The notes beneath the pieces are model-generated. The model was not told the DNA's origin and ran no database searches. It saw nothing but the letters and a program-made list of their open reading frames with translations. From Octopus vulgaris (lineage: Eukaryota), in assembly GCA_951406725.2 (NCBI GenBank), contig OX597816.1, positions 98,580,001 through 98,644,000 on the forward strand: 64,000 nucleotides of DNA, given 5' to 3'. A program made the position numbers and the translations under genes. How positions within the stretch are numbered: the first letter of the stretch is position 1; every line of letters starts with the position of its first letter. Below, piece after piece: positions 14,879 to 29,177 of this stretch.

Positions 14879-15132
14879 ATGTGGAAATTTGTTGTGGAAA
14901 ATACACCTACATTTGAAAAGCTTGTAATTGTTTCAATTTAATTTATTTATAAATGTTTTTCTAATTCATAATACTAAATTTTTATCATTGATAAACAACA
15001 TATATTGTTAAAGCTATTTTGCTATTTATGTAAATAAATCTATTTCAAACAATTACACGTTTTTCAGATTTAGGTGCATTTTGAAGAACAAATTTGCCTA
15101 TTTTCCCTGCGAAAAATACACTCTTTAACATT

Positions 15133-15176
<44 letters not shown>

Positions 15177-16261
15177 CCAATGTACAACTCGCGAAAATAG
15201 TTTCAAGAAATATATAATCCAGGCGGTTACCCTGTTAACTCTTAGATCGGTTCTCAATGCCGTCTAGCCACGAATGAATAAATAAATAAAATAAATAATC
15301 ATCTTTTGTTATAAACAATTAATCATGTATTATAGTATTAGAATAGAAATATTTAGTATCTCTGTAGGAAAAACAGGATTGTCTAATTTCGTATTTACCC
15401 GTGCTATTTAGTATACTAGTTGTAAACATTCATATCAAAAGATAGATTGTCAATTAGTTGTTTCTACCATATAACCATGTGTCAAGGTTTGTCAATCAAT
15501 GGATTTCAAGCTATAACCATCCAGAGTTTTAGAGAAAACTAGCGCTACATTATCTAGTGCATCTTTCTCGTATTTAAGAGAGTGAGTTGTGGTTCGGAGG
15601 AGTGTTGTTCGCAGCTGCTACATGGACAATTTAAAATCATTTCGTCACAGAATGGTACATAGATCAATGGCTATTGTGTCTTTATGTGTTTATTCTGATC
15701 AGGAAGACATACATCATTCTTCACGATGCATCGTTTTTTACACCAAAGATTACGCTGTCCAACCTGCCCATGTTCAATTTAAATTGTATACTCTGAGTGA
15801 ATGCTCATTTATAAAAGGTCGAGTGAAAGCATAGGGACTACTTCTTTTAATCTGAAGAAGTAAGAAACTTTATGTACCTTAACATGGTATCATTGTGCCA
15901 TTTACATTGTGTAAGTTATTCAATCAAGAATACAATACTTTACTTTTTTTTAATGTTAAATTCATAAGCGAGTATCATTAACAGCTCACACTGTAAGTAA
16001 AGAAAATCAATATTCGATAAAATATAAGCAATTTGATATTGTTCTGTCAGTTATAGAGAGGAATGACAATTTAAGATAAAACATTTAATTACAATTTCTT
16101 CTCACCAACCGTAAAATGCTGTCTGCCAAAAATATTCTGGCTAGTATAGTTGAACTTAGCATAAAATATTATTTAATCAATAAGAGACGTACAAACAAGC
16201 GATCAGAGCCATCTACTAAAATGTGCATTTAGATACATAAAAATATTCTATGACATTGTAA

Positions 16262-16428
<167 letters not shown>

Positions 16429-16926
16429 CATTCTGTGTTGGAGTTTGCCGAGCCGTGCCAATATAATGTATTATAAATATAGTAATAATAATAATTATAA
16501 TTATAATAATACATAGATGGCATTTATAATTGTTTTATGAATTGCTACGCACGTTTCCACAAGTCACATAGTCAGCATTCCTAAGATGATTACAATACAA
16601 TCCGTAGTATCCATGAATGTCGGTTAGATAATATTCATGCATTCATTTCTTCAGGCGATGTGGCGTTAATGTTGGAAGCGGCGAATGTATAACTGGCGGT
16701 TTTGACCAATGAAGATGTAGATTAGCATATGCGAGCAGTTATGTGTGTATTTATGCGGAGGAGTCGGAGCTAATTGGAAGAGAGAAAGGAATGGTACCTA
16801 AAAAGGAGACGTAGGTGTGTGTGGTGATGTTAAAGTTATTTTGATTATTTAAGTATATGTCAGGATCGGTAGTATAGTTCGTTGCTTTGAGCTTAGCCAC
16901 AGCAGGCGCCCCCTCAGTGAACTCAG

Positions 16927-16988
<62 letters not shown>

Positions 16989-16995
16989 CATTATT
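16927..16995. repeat. (ATT)n microsatellite
   Basis: Tandem ATT. Confidence 0.97.
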
Positions 16996-17654
16996 ACACT
17001 CACAGGGGAAAGTAAAGAAGCAGTAGTACACGAATAAGGCGTGTACCATTTACACACATTAATAAATCTAAACCATATACTGATTTATGCGAGTTGCAGC
17101 GATAAGATTTTAAAATGGAGAGCAAAATATATTCAGCATCTGACGTGGCTAAAGACCCATGCTTGCCCACAGAAAAGGACACCATAGCCACTACTGCCAT
17201 CAAACTATTGTACATACAATGCATGTTACAACGAAGAAAAGGAAGCATTCATTCATACCTGAAGCAGATTTCCTATCACAATATGCAGAGCACAAGCAAA
17301 AAGGTATCTACATAGAAATATAGCCCGTGCAGAGATACACTTAGCAATGGACGTTATGTTTTTTATAGACAGAAAAGTATGAAATTATGGTTGACAGACT
17401 TCCGTGAAAAAGTCATGCAATTAATCATTTGACACATACAAACTCAGGTTATGGATAACACACTACTAATGCTTATAATAACAGAATACATAATCGGGAG
17501 ATGCTATTTTAAAATCATGAAATACCATTCTTAAAGCAGACAGCATTATTAGCGCTGAGCCATCTATAAGAGCGCTAAAACTGGGAAAATGATAAACTGA
17601 TATTCAGAAAAACTGTGCAGACTATAATATTCAAGCAAATTGACTGACTACGTT

Positions 17655-17720
17655 TAACATTTATAAGAAGTAAAATATGTATATATAACACTTATAGGAA
17701 GTAAAATATGTATTTATAAC
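17655..17720. repeat. 31-bp tandem duplication
   Basis: taacatttataagaagtaaaatatgtatata followed by taacacttataggaagtaaaatatgtattta, then taac. Confidence 0.85.
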
Positions 17721-18076
17721 GGATTAATGGAGTAGACATTTTATCAGTATTGATATTGGAATGCCTTGAAGGAAATGTTTGATTAAAGTTAAAATATGAT
17801 TACTAGTTTTTCTGACTTTTGAAATAATTTCCATGTATTTCTGAAAAACTCTCAAGCAGTTGTTTAGAAGCGACGAATAACGTCAATAACTCGTTGGCAC
17901 AAAACTAACAGATACTTTTTAAAGGAGTTCGCAAATCGATTACATCAATTACCATACTTACTTTTTTCATCAACCGAAAAGGATAACAAGCAAAGTTGAA
18001 CTCATTGGTATTTAAAATCAAAGCTTAAAGAACTAGAAAAATGCCGATAATTATTTTGTTCGAGGATAAACATTTT

Positions 18077-18116
<40 letters not shown>

Positions 18117-18147
18117 AGGTTTGGAGATGATGTACAGGTATTATTTC

Positions 18148-18184
<37 letters not shown>

Positions 18185-18589
18185 ACACACACATACATAC
18201 ACACACACACACACACAAATACCCACACGCATAGAGAATTGACATGGGCGCGCGTATGTAGCGGTCAGTGTAGTTTTTGTATATATAACGGAATGGGGTG
18301 TATGACGGAATACGCAAGAAATTTATCTTCTACGTAGGTTTACATATATCATATCATAGCTTGATACTGTATAGACAGAGATTCCCATTGACAGGTCGGT
18401 AACATTAAACCAATATTTATATACTAATATCAAGATTTAAATACTAATAATTTGCAAGTTCGTTGCTTCAGTTCTCTAAACCTTCAAGATTTGTTTTTTA
18501 CACAAACGAATGGTCCACCTTTTCCTGGGTTGAGAACCAAACAAGATTCGAAAATCGATTAAGGTTGTTCATCATACTTTCCAATCTAG

Positions 18590-18700
18590 TGTATGTGTTT
18601 GTCACCCACCATCACTTGACAACCGATGTTGCTGTGTTAAGTCCCCGTAAATTAGCGGCTCGACAAAGAGACCGATAGAAAGTACAAGGCTTCCGAAGAA
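18590..18700 (+). mobile_element. SINE internal fragment (same family as 39030-39390)
   Basis: ccaccatcacttgacaaccgatgttg..gtccccgtaaattagcggctcgacaaagagaccgatagaa matches the reverse complement of 39125-39205. Confidence 0.75.
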
Positions 18701-18716
18701 TTAATCATATATATAT

Positions 18717-18760
<44 letters not shown>

Positions 18761-19045
18761 TGTGTATGTGTGTGTGTGTCTGTATTTGAAGTGGTGAAAG
18801 ATATTGTATATTAAGGAGGCAGTAGGATGTTTGGATAATTGTTTTTCCTTGCGCTTTCGTTCGTTTAACCGAAATCTTCAAGATAATAAAATCATCTTGA
18901 TGAACTTGGTTACACGAAGGGAAGCGCTAATAAAGTATTATCCAAAATTCTGACCGCCTCCATCGTTATATTTATACACACAAACACACACATTCACGCA
19001 CACACATACACACACGCACGCACACACCACACATACACACACACA

Positions 19046-19080
<35 letters not shown>

Positions 19081-19088
<8 letters not shown>

Positions 19089-19398
19089 AAACAAGTCAAA
19101 AATAGAAAATGCTAAGATAATTTTATAGTGAATCTTTCAGTACCGGTTTCGGCCATTTTGAGACCTTTTCAACTGTAATGATTAAATAATTAAATTTAGA
19201 AAAATAAGAAGAAAAGTTTTTTTAAAAGAATATTTCTATAGTAGTGTTCAGATATAAGTAGCATTCTGCCTTTCTCTGACTCCCTTGTTTGCACTTGTGT
19301 GTTCACAAGTGCAACAAAATGACCGAAACCGGTACTGAAAGATTCACTATAAAATTATCTTAGCATTTTCTATTTTTGACTTGTTTTTTCATATATAT
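19081..19398. repeat. Foldback element with ~80 bp near-perfect inverted arms, flanked by (TA)n
   Basis: 19081-19160 is the reverse complement of 19315-19394 with one mismatch. An 11-bp hairpin sits at 19289-19314. Confidence 0.93.
19138..19175 (-). ncRNA. Minimal hammerhead-like motif with a variant core
   Basis: Minus strand reads cag-TTGAAAA-ggtc tcaaaat ggcc-GAAA-ccgg-TA-ctg. Palindromic stem III ACCGGT. The core deviates from CUGANGA at two positions. Confidence 0.55.
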
Positions 19399-19617
19399 CA
19401 ACTCGTGTGTTCCTTTCCACCCTTATACATATATATATATATATATATATATAAACCTACAGTGGTGTATATGTACACGTTGGTGCGTGTAGTCATACGT
19501 AATCTTTTTTCTAATATGTATGTTAATTTCTTTAATGTCAAACTGAGATTTAAAAAAATATTTCATATCATGTCGAAATTCCAAACAGAATTTCATTAAA
19601 AATTTTCTACATACAGT

Positions 19618-20400
19618 ATGTGAAAGATTTAGGCATCCACATGGGAACCAACCTAAAATTCAGAGAACACCTTGACTCAGTCTGTCTTACTGCAAGAAAG
19701 TACAGCGGGTGGATCTTGCGCACCTTCAAATCAAGAGATACCTCAACAATGAAAACCCTCTGGAACAGTATGATACTTCCGAGGATTGACTACTGTTCTC
19801 AGTTGTGGTCACCAACAACAAAGGGCCAACTATCTAAGATAGAATCGCTCCAAAGAAATTTTACCTCATACTTCTCAGAAACGAGGGACCTGGACTATTG
19901 GCAAAGACTCAAAACCTTGAGGATGTACTCAATAGAAAGAAGATTTGAGCGATACCGAATTATATACATTTGGAAAATGATAGAGCAGAAGGTGCCAAAC
20001 TTTGGTATCAAAACCTACCACTCACTGCGCCACGGAAGACGTTGCCAGCTGCCACCAATCAACAAAAAGGCTGGCCAGGCAGCAAAAACCCTGCGAGAAT
20101 CAAGTCTGTTGGTTCGAGGAGCACAACTGTTTAACTCCATTCCGGTACATGTCAGAAATCTATCAGGATGCAGTGTGGAATCATTCAAATTGCGACTGGA
20201 TAGATACTTAAGCACCATTAGAGATGAACCCCATCTCCCAGGATATACACAACGAGCACAAACTGACTCAAACTCGCTCCTACACATGTCAAATTTAAGC
20301 AGAGAATACAACCTGGCAACCACACCAGACTCTGAGGGTGGAGTCTTCGACTTGGCCTGAGCATGGACTCAAACCCAAATGAAATGAAATGAAATGAAAT
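19618..20400 (+). mobile_element. 5'-truncated CR1/L2-group LINE (second family) with a (GAAAT)n tail
   Basis: Open frame 19620-20360 (KDLGI, GWILRTF, DYCSQLWSP, YWQRLK, YSIERRFERY) is homologous to the ORF2 C-terminus at 10042-10847. Pentanucleotide tail at 20376-20400. Confidence 0.93.
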
Positions 20401-20550
20401 ACACCAACTGATGATCTGACTTTTAGACAAATATATACGGTTAGATTTTTTCTCAGCAATGTACAAGCTTCGTTGTTTCTGGAGAAGAATCATCTATTGA
20501 AAAGTCAGAGAACTCAATATATTAACATCTATATTAAAAAATCTGGATAT

Positions 20551-20714
20551 AGGCGTAGGAGTAGCTGTGTTGTAATTAGGACGCTTACCAACAACATGGT
20601 TCTGGGTTCAGACTCACAGCGTGACACGTTGGGCAAATCCCTTGTGCTATAGCCTCGGACTGAGCAAAGCCTCGTGAGTGGATTTGGTAGACAGAAACTG
20701 AAATAAGTCTTTCG

Positions 20715-20715
<1 letters not shown>
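20551..20715 (+). mobile_element. tRNA-related SINE 5' portion ending in a microsatellite
   Basis: ggcgtaggagtagctgtg..ggttctgggttcagactc..ttgggcaa..gtggatttggtagacagaaactg. Same family as 39250-39390 (-), 25170-25290 (-) and 30660-30810 (+). Confidence 0.75.
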
Positions 20716-20933
<218 letters not shown>

Positions 20934-23900
20934 GCTCGTACGATATACGCTAAGAAATTGTTGCAGCAGCACTTAGTCTTTGCATAGTGAATTCTGATGT
21001 GTCTCCACTCTGGTAAATGTGTAAAAATAACTATTATATATATTTACTTCTAATAATTATATATTCCGACTTATTTTGCTCCACTTGAATGCTAACCAAG
21101 CAGAGCTATGTTTGAAACATTCTAGCGATGACAATTCTATTTGCTTTGTAATATTTCGAATTGAATTGTTATGAAGCATTTCATTATTTATGAATATATG
21201 GTGGTTGTGCTTCAGATCTAACTCCTTGTTTTAACAATTCTTGTGATCACATACTGGCTTGACTGTAGAAAAAGGAAAAGTTTGCCATGTCTGTGGAGTT
21301 AAATGAAGAATACAAAATACCATGCTGCCCAAATCTCATAGCATTTTTACGTTGCATGCGAGTAATTGTTACATGAACACCTGTCTTTCAAACTAAATTT
21401 CACATTGTGAAATTTCATTAGGTGAACATTTTTACGAATTAAAACACTTTCAAAATGTCAATGTGAAAATATTTACTCTAGAGTAGAAAAAGTTACATCA
21501 AATACCGAATTTTCAGCTTAAGCTCAATAATTGTATGCCTAAGAAATATTTGTTAACTCTTCTAATAAGTTCTCACCTACATAATTTATTGATAAATATG
21601 TTTGTCATCGTAATGCCATGTTGTTAATATTGTTGTGTCAATCGACATTGTTGTTGTTTTTGTTGTTATGGTTGTTTAACATTAGGTCAACCCTGATTCT
21701 GTAGATCGATGACCGAAAGCGTTCCAACGGTTGCAATCGTTTTTCCTCTTTTCGTTTTTTTTCAAATTAGCGGCTTTGATTTTTCGATTTCTTGCATATC
21801 CTTGTATTTAATACCAAGTATACTCTGATTGGGCTAATGATGAGTGACACTGCTGCAATATTTACTCCGTCATTCACTCGAACATAGCTAATATTTTAGT
21901 ACAGTAAACAATATTTCTTCTAATTTTAGATGATATAGTGTAATTTCTGTGTGATGTGGCTACTACTTGTAGTAGGTCAAATAGTCATGTAGCGGTCACC
22001 CTCGCTGAAAGCAGTATCATGACAAGGTGATAGGATACAATTTCCAACCTTTTACCTAGTGACATACTAAGCATTACATCAATGACTCTAAATGAAGATG
22101 CCATAATACGTTTGAAGTTTGAAATTACGAATTTCATTAAGATGTTAAATGTTAAATTAATTAAAGATAATTATTAGTCAGTTATTAATTGAATTAATAG
22201 GTAACATAAAGGAAACTAATTCACTTTATGTGCTGATGAGGTGTTTTCTATTGTGTATGTTTAAACATATATTGACAACACAATCATACTCATGTATGTG
22301 ATGTTTTCATCAAAGAAACTAGTGCTTTGTAAGAGGGAGTCTCTCACAATCTTTCTGTGATTATGTGTGCGTGAATGTGTGCATGTTCGTGTATGTGTGT
22401 GTGCGTGTTTCATTAAATTGTTTCAGAAAAGTCACAAGACTTTGAGGAAGCTGTGTTCTCAAAATACCCAATCAACGCCGAGTTCGTCACGGCACCGGGG
22501 TCGAATATTTCAAATATAAAAGCGCATTAATTATATCAATTATAATTATAAATGTGGTATATAATATTTTAAATCAATTATATGAGAATATATTTCTCGT
22601 AGATATATTACGTAATGTTTTCATGAATTATATAAAGGAAAATATATCTATTATGTAATGAATAAAATAATAAAAGTAATCAAACACCAACAAATCAGAA
22701 TTTTCTTATAGCATTGCAAGCACACAAAACGTGTGTATTGAATATATTTTGAACGTTTACCCAGCAAATATTCTTATGGTAAATTTATTCATTATGTAAG
22801 TTCTACTTGCTGTTTTTTTCGAAAGACTTTAACCCGATTTTGGAAGCTGTCTTCATAACCATCTTGAGTTCGAGGACTTTATTTTCTGTAGAATACGGTC
22901 AAACTCGGCGCTTGTAAGTGTACTATATATCTATATTAACAGTTAATCTTTAAATGGAGCTTATGTTAGAACACTGAATACTGCATTATTAGCCTAAAGA
23001 GTTTCTCGTCTCCCATAGATGCTTGGTGCATAAAAGCACTCACATAGGTAGTAGCAGATGAAATTCGTCTGTCATGTTGGCCCTGTGATATTAATTCCAC
23101 TTCCGTCGCTAATGTATGTATGTATGTGTACACACACACTCACACATATACATACCTATATAACATACATTCATACAAAAAAAAACGCATACAATAAACC
23201 AACTGATTTAGGCATTACAAATTCAATCTACATTAAAACTCTGCAAGACTTTTCTCAATTTTCAAATGCAACATTGTCTTCGTTATCAACATTCCATAGA
23301 TGGAGCTTTATATCTTTGTTAGAAACCATCTCCTTCTTCAGAGAAAGAATTTAAATAATTGAAGACAGAAGATTCATACATACATCATCTTGTAGTGATT
23401 ATATATGATACCACGAAGTTTAGTATTCCTGAATACTGATCCCTCGTAATAGGAGTGCAAAATAGTATTACATACCTAGGGTTTAGAACAATGTAGCTGT
23501 CCTATCAAATAATATTAGTATTGGTTTTAAGGGTAAGATATTTCGAAATATTTCATTCAAAATGTTAAATATTAAGAACATACAGCTAAGTTTCTGGGAA
23601 TATCTACAATTTACAGATATAAGTTTATGATGAAGAAACGCTAATGAATTAAGCTTCACCATGGCTGTAGTGTATCGTGCAGTTATTGGTAAACAAGATA
23701 GATTAACGATTCAGATTCTGTATTATATTAATATACAACCCAGGACGAAACTAGGTATCATCTTCACAACATCTGCGACTATATATATATATATATATAT
23801 ATACCTTCTTGGCTTCTTTCTCGTATACGATTCAACATTCAACATTCAATCATGTAATGTTATCATATAACCAGTGTTTTCATAAATTTCAATGGAACTT

Positions 23901-24899
23901 CCGGAGAGGTTACCGTTAATAAATGTTGCTAATCTATAGCTTTGATGTTCTACAGAATAAGACTTTTTCAGTTTTGCCTAACCTGTTCAGCTTTTCATTT
24001 CTGTTTGGCCAACAATTTCCCAATTCCTGTTAAATACAAAAGCATATATTTTAAAATTTCTGTCATAATGGCATACCTGTTTTGCATATTTTGCTTATGT
24101 GTTTATGATGATGAAGGTGTCAGTGACGTTTCGATGTTTTGAAATTAATTTCCAACTTACCTGCATTTTGTCTGCATACGGCATTTACATTTAGTTTGGG
24201 ATGGATTAGATTGGATGGCATGCATTGCAGTTAATTGATTTAGCATTGTATGATTAACAAAATATTTGTACTCTTTAATTTATATTGTTTTATTTTTCTT
24301 ATATTTACTACAATTGCAACTTGGTCTTGAATTAATTGTAGTAAATATTAGTATGTTTATATGTTTTATATGGAAATATTTGATAACATCTGCTATTTTA
24401 TTGCATAATGACTTTCTATGGAAAGAAGATAACGGTTTTATACGAATATCTATGATAAAACTCTAGCAAAATTGCACGATTAACAGTCCATATCTGAGGG
24501 TGTTTCAGTTAAATAGGTATTGCGTTATCTGCAACAAAGTAATCTGCATAACACATATTTCAGCGTTCCAAATTACAATTTTCCTTATATATCTGGAAAA
24601 CTAATTTCTTTTTACCTTCGGGATAGCTGTTGTTATTACATGCTGTTGCAATTTCAATTGTGGTTAACGAGGAAATTGTTATATATCACTAAAGAGAGGC
24701 TATAACGTAGAGGGAGAAATACATACATACATACATACATATATACATACATACATACATACATACAAACACACATACATACATACATACACACAAATAC
24801 ACACATACACACGCACACATACTCATATATATATACATACATATTTATAGACATATATACATATTCATGCAAATACATATAAACACATATATGTTCTTT

Positions 24900-25110
24900 T
24901 ATTTCTTTACTTTGTCTCAATTGTTTGTTTTCGGCTATGCTAGAGCACCCACTTAAAGGGTTTTAGTCAAAGAAATCGACCCCAGGGTATACTCTTTTTA
25001 AGCGTTGTACTAATTCGATCAGTAAACACATACTTGTGAGGCAATGGTGATGGAACAAATATAGTCATACACATATAAATATATGTATGCACACACACAC
25101 ATAAAAGTAC

Positions 25111-25160
<50 letters not shown>

Positions 25161-25290
25161 GTGTATGTATGCACTCACAAGGACTCGGTCGGCCTGAGGT
25201 TATAGTCAAAACACTCGGTCAAAATGAAGTGGGACCGAAACTGGAACCATGTTATTGGGAAGCAAGCTTCTCACAACACCTGCGACTATA
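24900..25290 (-). mobile_element. SINE copy, decayed, with an internal microsatellite
   Basis: Homologous to 39030-39390 (ttttagtcaaagaaatcgacccc; cactcacaagg..ggcctgaggttatagt..gggaccgaaac). Confidence 0.7.
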
Positions 25291-25507
25291 TAAATATATA
25301 TATATATATATATATACAGAACACACGTTATACTTACATATACGAACGTCCAAACATACATATATATGCACGTATGTACAAGGCCAGACTTAAATTGCCT
25401 GCCAACTACCTCGTAAGCGCGATATGGTCAAAATAAACATCGCAGTGAATATAGTGACGAATTATATAAATTTATAAATAAGGACAATATCGATATTATC
25501 CTTATTT

Positions 25508-25556
<49 letters not shown>

Positions 25557-26193
25557 CATACATACGTACATACATATGTACATACATACGTACATACATA
25601 CGTACATAGATACATCCGTATATACACACTTGCATACATACATTATAATAGCAAAAAGATGCGCTGAACAAGCTTTAAACTACAAGTGTTTCTGCGCATT
25701 AACATGAGATATTAATTGCTAATTGTTTCACACATTATATATAATAATATTATATAATTAGGATCTAGCAATAGCTGTGTATCTGCTCATGGTTAGGTGA
25801 GTGTAGTTGAGAGTAATGATCTCCTGATGATGTGCAAGCTGCTGTTTGGTCATATTTATATATTATGTATAATATGTGAAACAGACACCAATTTTACAGC
25901 TGATACCAATGCACTGAAAGTATTGTAGCTGTATTACAAGAATCCTGTTAATTTCATCGTATATTTTACTATTTGTGTATGAAGTATGCGTACACAAATG
26001 GATTTCCATATACATATCCAGTAAAAAGAGAGTTCGAAATGTATGACAACATACGATACCCAAATCCCATATAGGACAGTACGTTTGGAAAGTAAGTTGT
26101 ATGGTTATCACCCACAGGATATTATATATAGATATATGTACAGATACATACACCCACCCACACACATGCACACATATACACACAGATATATAA

Positions 26194-26225
<32 letters not shown>

Positions 26226-28159
26226 ATCTATATATATATGTATATATATATACATACATACTTATGTATATCTTTGTGTGAGACTGTATATGCCTGATAT
26301 GTTCTAAAATCTCCTACTGTTGTGTATGTAATACTATGGCTCATGGACTGAATTGTTGATGCTTCATCTGTAAATATGGTTTGCATGTTTGTCTTTCGCG
26401 GCACATATAATTATTCATAAATTATCAAGTAATATATAAAACTTTATTGAGTCTGAGTTAATATTACGACATATTTGTTCGAGATAGGAAGGAAGAATAC
26501 TTGTGTAAGAGGTCTAATCTATCTAATATCTGCAGCAGTCTGCCTAGCTTCTATATTCGTGGTGTATGAACTCATCTCATAAGTCTTCAAATCTGTTTTG
26601 AATATTATTTTTCTTTGCCTATTTCTTTCTCGTGTATCTTTAATATGTACTAAATAAAATTTTGAAAAGTAATTATCTTAAATATACTTAGTTTCATTTC
26701 ATTAAGACGTGCAGCTAAGTGAAAAAACGCATGCCGAAATAAACTTGTACACTTGTTATTAGATCCTAATTGCGACCTGAGAAATCTACCTTCGTTCGTC
26801 AGTACAAATTTCAAACTGGAACTAGAATTTGCAGGTAATTCAGTATTACAAATGTAGAATTCCACCAGTTGTTCGATGTAAAGGTTTTTACATCGTCGAG
26901 ATATGCTAATTATATAATGCAAAATGAAGTGTTTTTTAAAATCATTTTGCATGTATATTTAGATTTCTTGGCTGAAATGGGTTTCTGCTATTGCTCATAA
27001 CCTAAGCCGAGAATTTATCTCGATAATTGTAGAAAGACTCTTCTAGACTGTTAACGAGCGTCTTACCTCTGTTTCAGGTCACGTGACATCGTTACAAATT
27101 CAGTGAACGCCGCCCCGAAGAGACGGAATTCTACAACTGGATTAATAGAATTGATCGTGAAAAAATCTTCTTTGTAATTACTCCCTTCAAGGGAAACATT
27201 TCAGTTATTGTAACCAAGGGGACAATAAAATTTCTCTACTAAAAGCATGAGTTTCTCATAGTATTAAACTGCTAAGTAAAATTCAATTTACAGTTACTGC
27301 TGTTGCACAATTTACATACACTATTCCACTCATCCGTGCTTTATTCACAAAGATATATAGAAACATATTTATATACACAAAAGTATATGTCATTTATGTG
27401 TATTTATGCGCATATATTTGTGCTAAAATTAAGTGAACATTGAATTACTAGAAGCAATCTCATTTTATTTTTCCGGCCTCTCAGTTTAATTTATATCCTA
27501 CTCTAAAATCGGTGTTCGATTAGTTTCGAAGAAATTTAAAAGTTTAGCCTTGAAGCTATAAAATTTCTTACAGTCTGGACGTTTATATCCTCTTTAGAAG
27601 TTCTGTAAGTAAGATCTCTCTATTGAAAAATATATCAAAATCACTCCTGTTTCAACACAGATTGACTCAATACAGAATAAGTTTAGATTTATCATATAGA
27701 TGTAGGCTATCTAATTCGTTTCTATAGCACTTATAATATTTATTACAGCTTAACGGAGTTAATATTAAATACCTGATATCGTTCAGTTTCTCATTTTTGC
27801 AATGATTTAGAATGAAAGGACATTGACGGGTAATTTTGGCTTCAAATGATATACAGGAATGTGAGTCTTAAGGAATAAACGGTTTAGCAATTTACATATA
27901 TATTGATGTATGGATGCTGCCTGATTAGACAGAATAGGCATGTTCTTATGTAAAGTTATATACAAGTAGTTTAATTATATTGTTATATTATTACGTGAAG
28001 GGAATTTATGTTGGTGCATCCAATACTGTATTTCGAAGTCAAAAATAGAAGGGAAGCAAGAGGGTGGAAAATCTCTCAAAATAGTCAATACATTACAATA
28101 CTTCTGCTACGAATATTACTTTATATTGTTAAAAATATTAATTAATATTTGTAGATGTA

Positions 28160-28330
28160 TGGGCACATAGCTTAGTGGTTCGGGCCTTGGACACATGATC
28201 CTAAGAATGTGGTTTCGATTCCTGGCCCGAGCGGTGCGTTCTTTTTGTGAGCAAACCACTTCATTTCATTTTGCTCCACTTTACACATTTGGTAAAAATT
28301 AAGTAATCTCCCGTCCAGGGAGGAATATAT
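28160..28330 (+). mobile_element. tRNA-derived SINE, decayed
   Basis: A box tagcttagtgg and B box ggtttcgattcc, followed by a body similar in style to 58293+. Confidence 0.7.
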
Positions 28331-28544
28331 AACCTACAAAAACTTGGAAGCCAGCCTAATGCTCTTTAGGAAGTAATGTAAACTAACCAAGTTTTGTAGA
28401 TATAGAAAGGAATATATTTCATGAAAAGTAAACGCACATTACCTGCTTAATGAATGTTTGACGAAAACGAAATAGAGTTCATTATGAGTTTTCTCAGGTT
28501 AATAGAATTATCATTTCAGTATGATAATTTAGTTACGTTATATG

Positions 28545-28790
28545 AAGCAAATTGCAAACGATGCCCCACTCACCATATTTATCGGGCAATGCCCCATCTG
28601 ATTACCATTTATTCCGCAGTCTTCAAAATCATTTGGACGGAAAAATATGAATACTGTAGGTCAGAACAGTACTGGGGGCGTAGTTTTCGTCAGGGCCAAA
28701 TGAATTTTGGATGAAGTGCTTTGCAAATCTTCCAGATAGATGGACGCGCATTGTAGAAGTTTAATGCGAGTATATTGTAGATTAAAAAGG
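28545..28790 (+). mobile_element. Mariner transposase C-terminal fragment
   Basis: Translates to PHSPYLSGNAPSDYHLFRSLQNHLDGK...NLPDRWTRIVE, which is the YSPDLAPSD region. Confidence 0.75.
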
Positions 28791-29124
28791 AACCTTGTTT
28801 ATCCTAATTTTGAAAAGTAAAAGTATAAAAATAGTCCGCGTGGTAACATGGGTCTTCTAACGACAATGTAAACTTCATTTACTCAAGATACCCTTGGCCC
28901 TAAGAGTAACGTATCGTATAGACCTCATTTGGGTATTTACTGCTTCTAAGTTTCCGCTAGCTATGATACATATATGGCTCGGGCTTTATGTATGCCATTC
29001 CTTAACTGCTCCTTATCGTTTACCTGTTTTACTTATTTGACTGCGCCTCCCCTGAGGCACATTCTTGTGATTTACCTTACATTTACTTCGCATTGTTTTG
29101 GCCTTACCCACGATCTCTTATACA

Positions 29125-29171
<47 letters not shown>

Positions 29172-29177
<6 letters not shown>

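Noticed and set aside
16895-16922. CTCF-like motif (agggggcgc on the minus strand)
   Set aside because: Only a half-site match, with no supporting evidence.
27040-27170. Possible mariner N-terminal remnant (FYNWINRIDR)
   Set aside because: Too short and too decayed to call.
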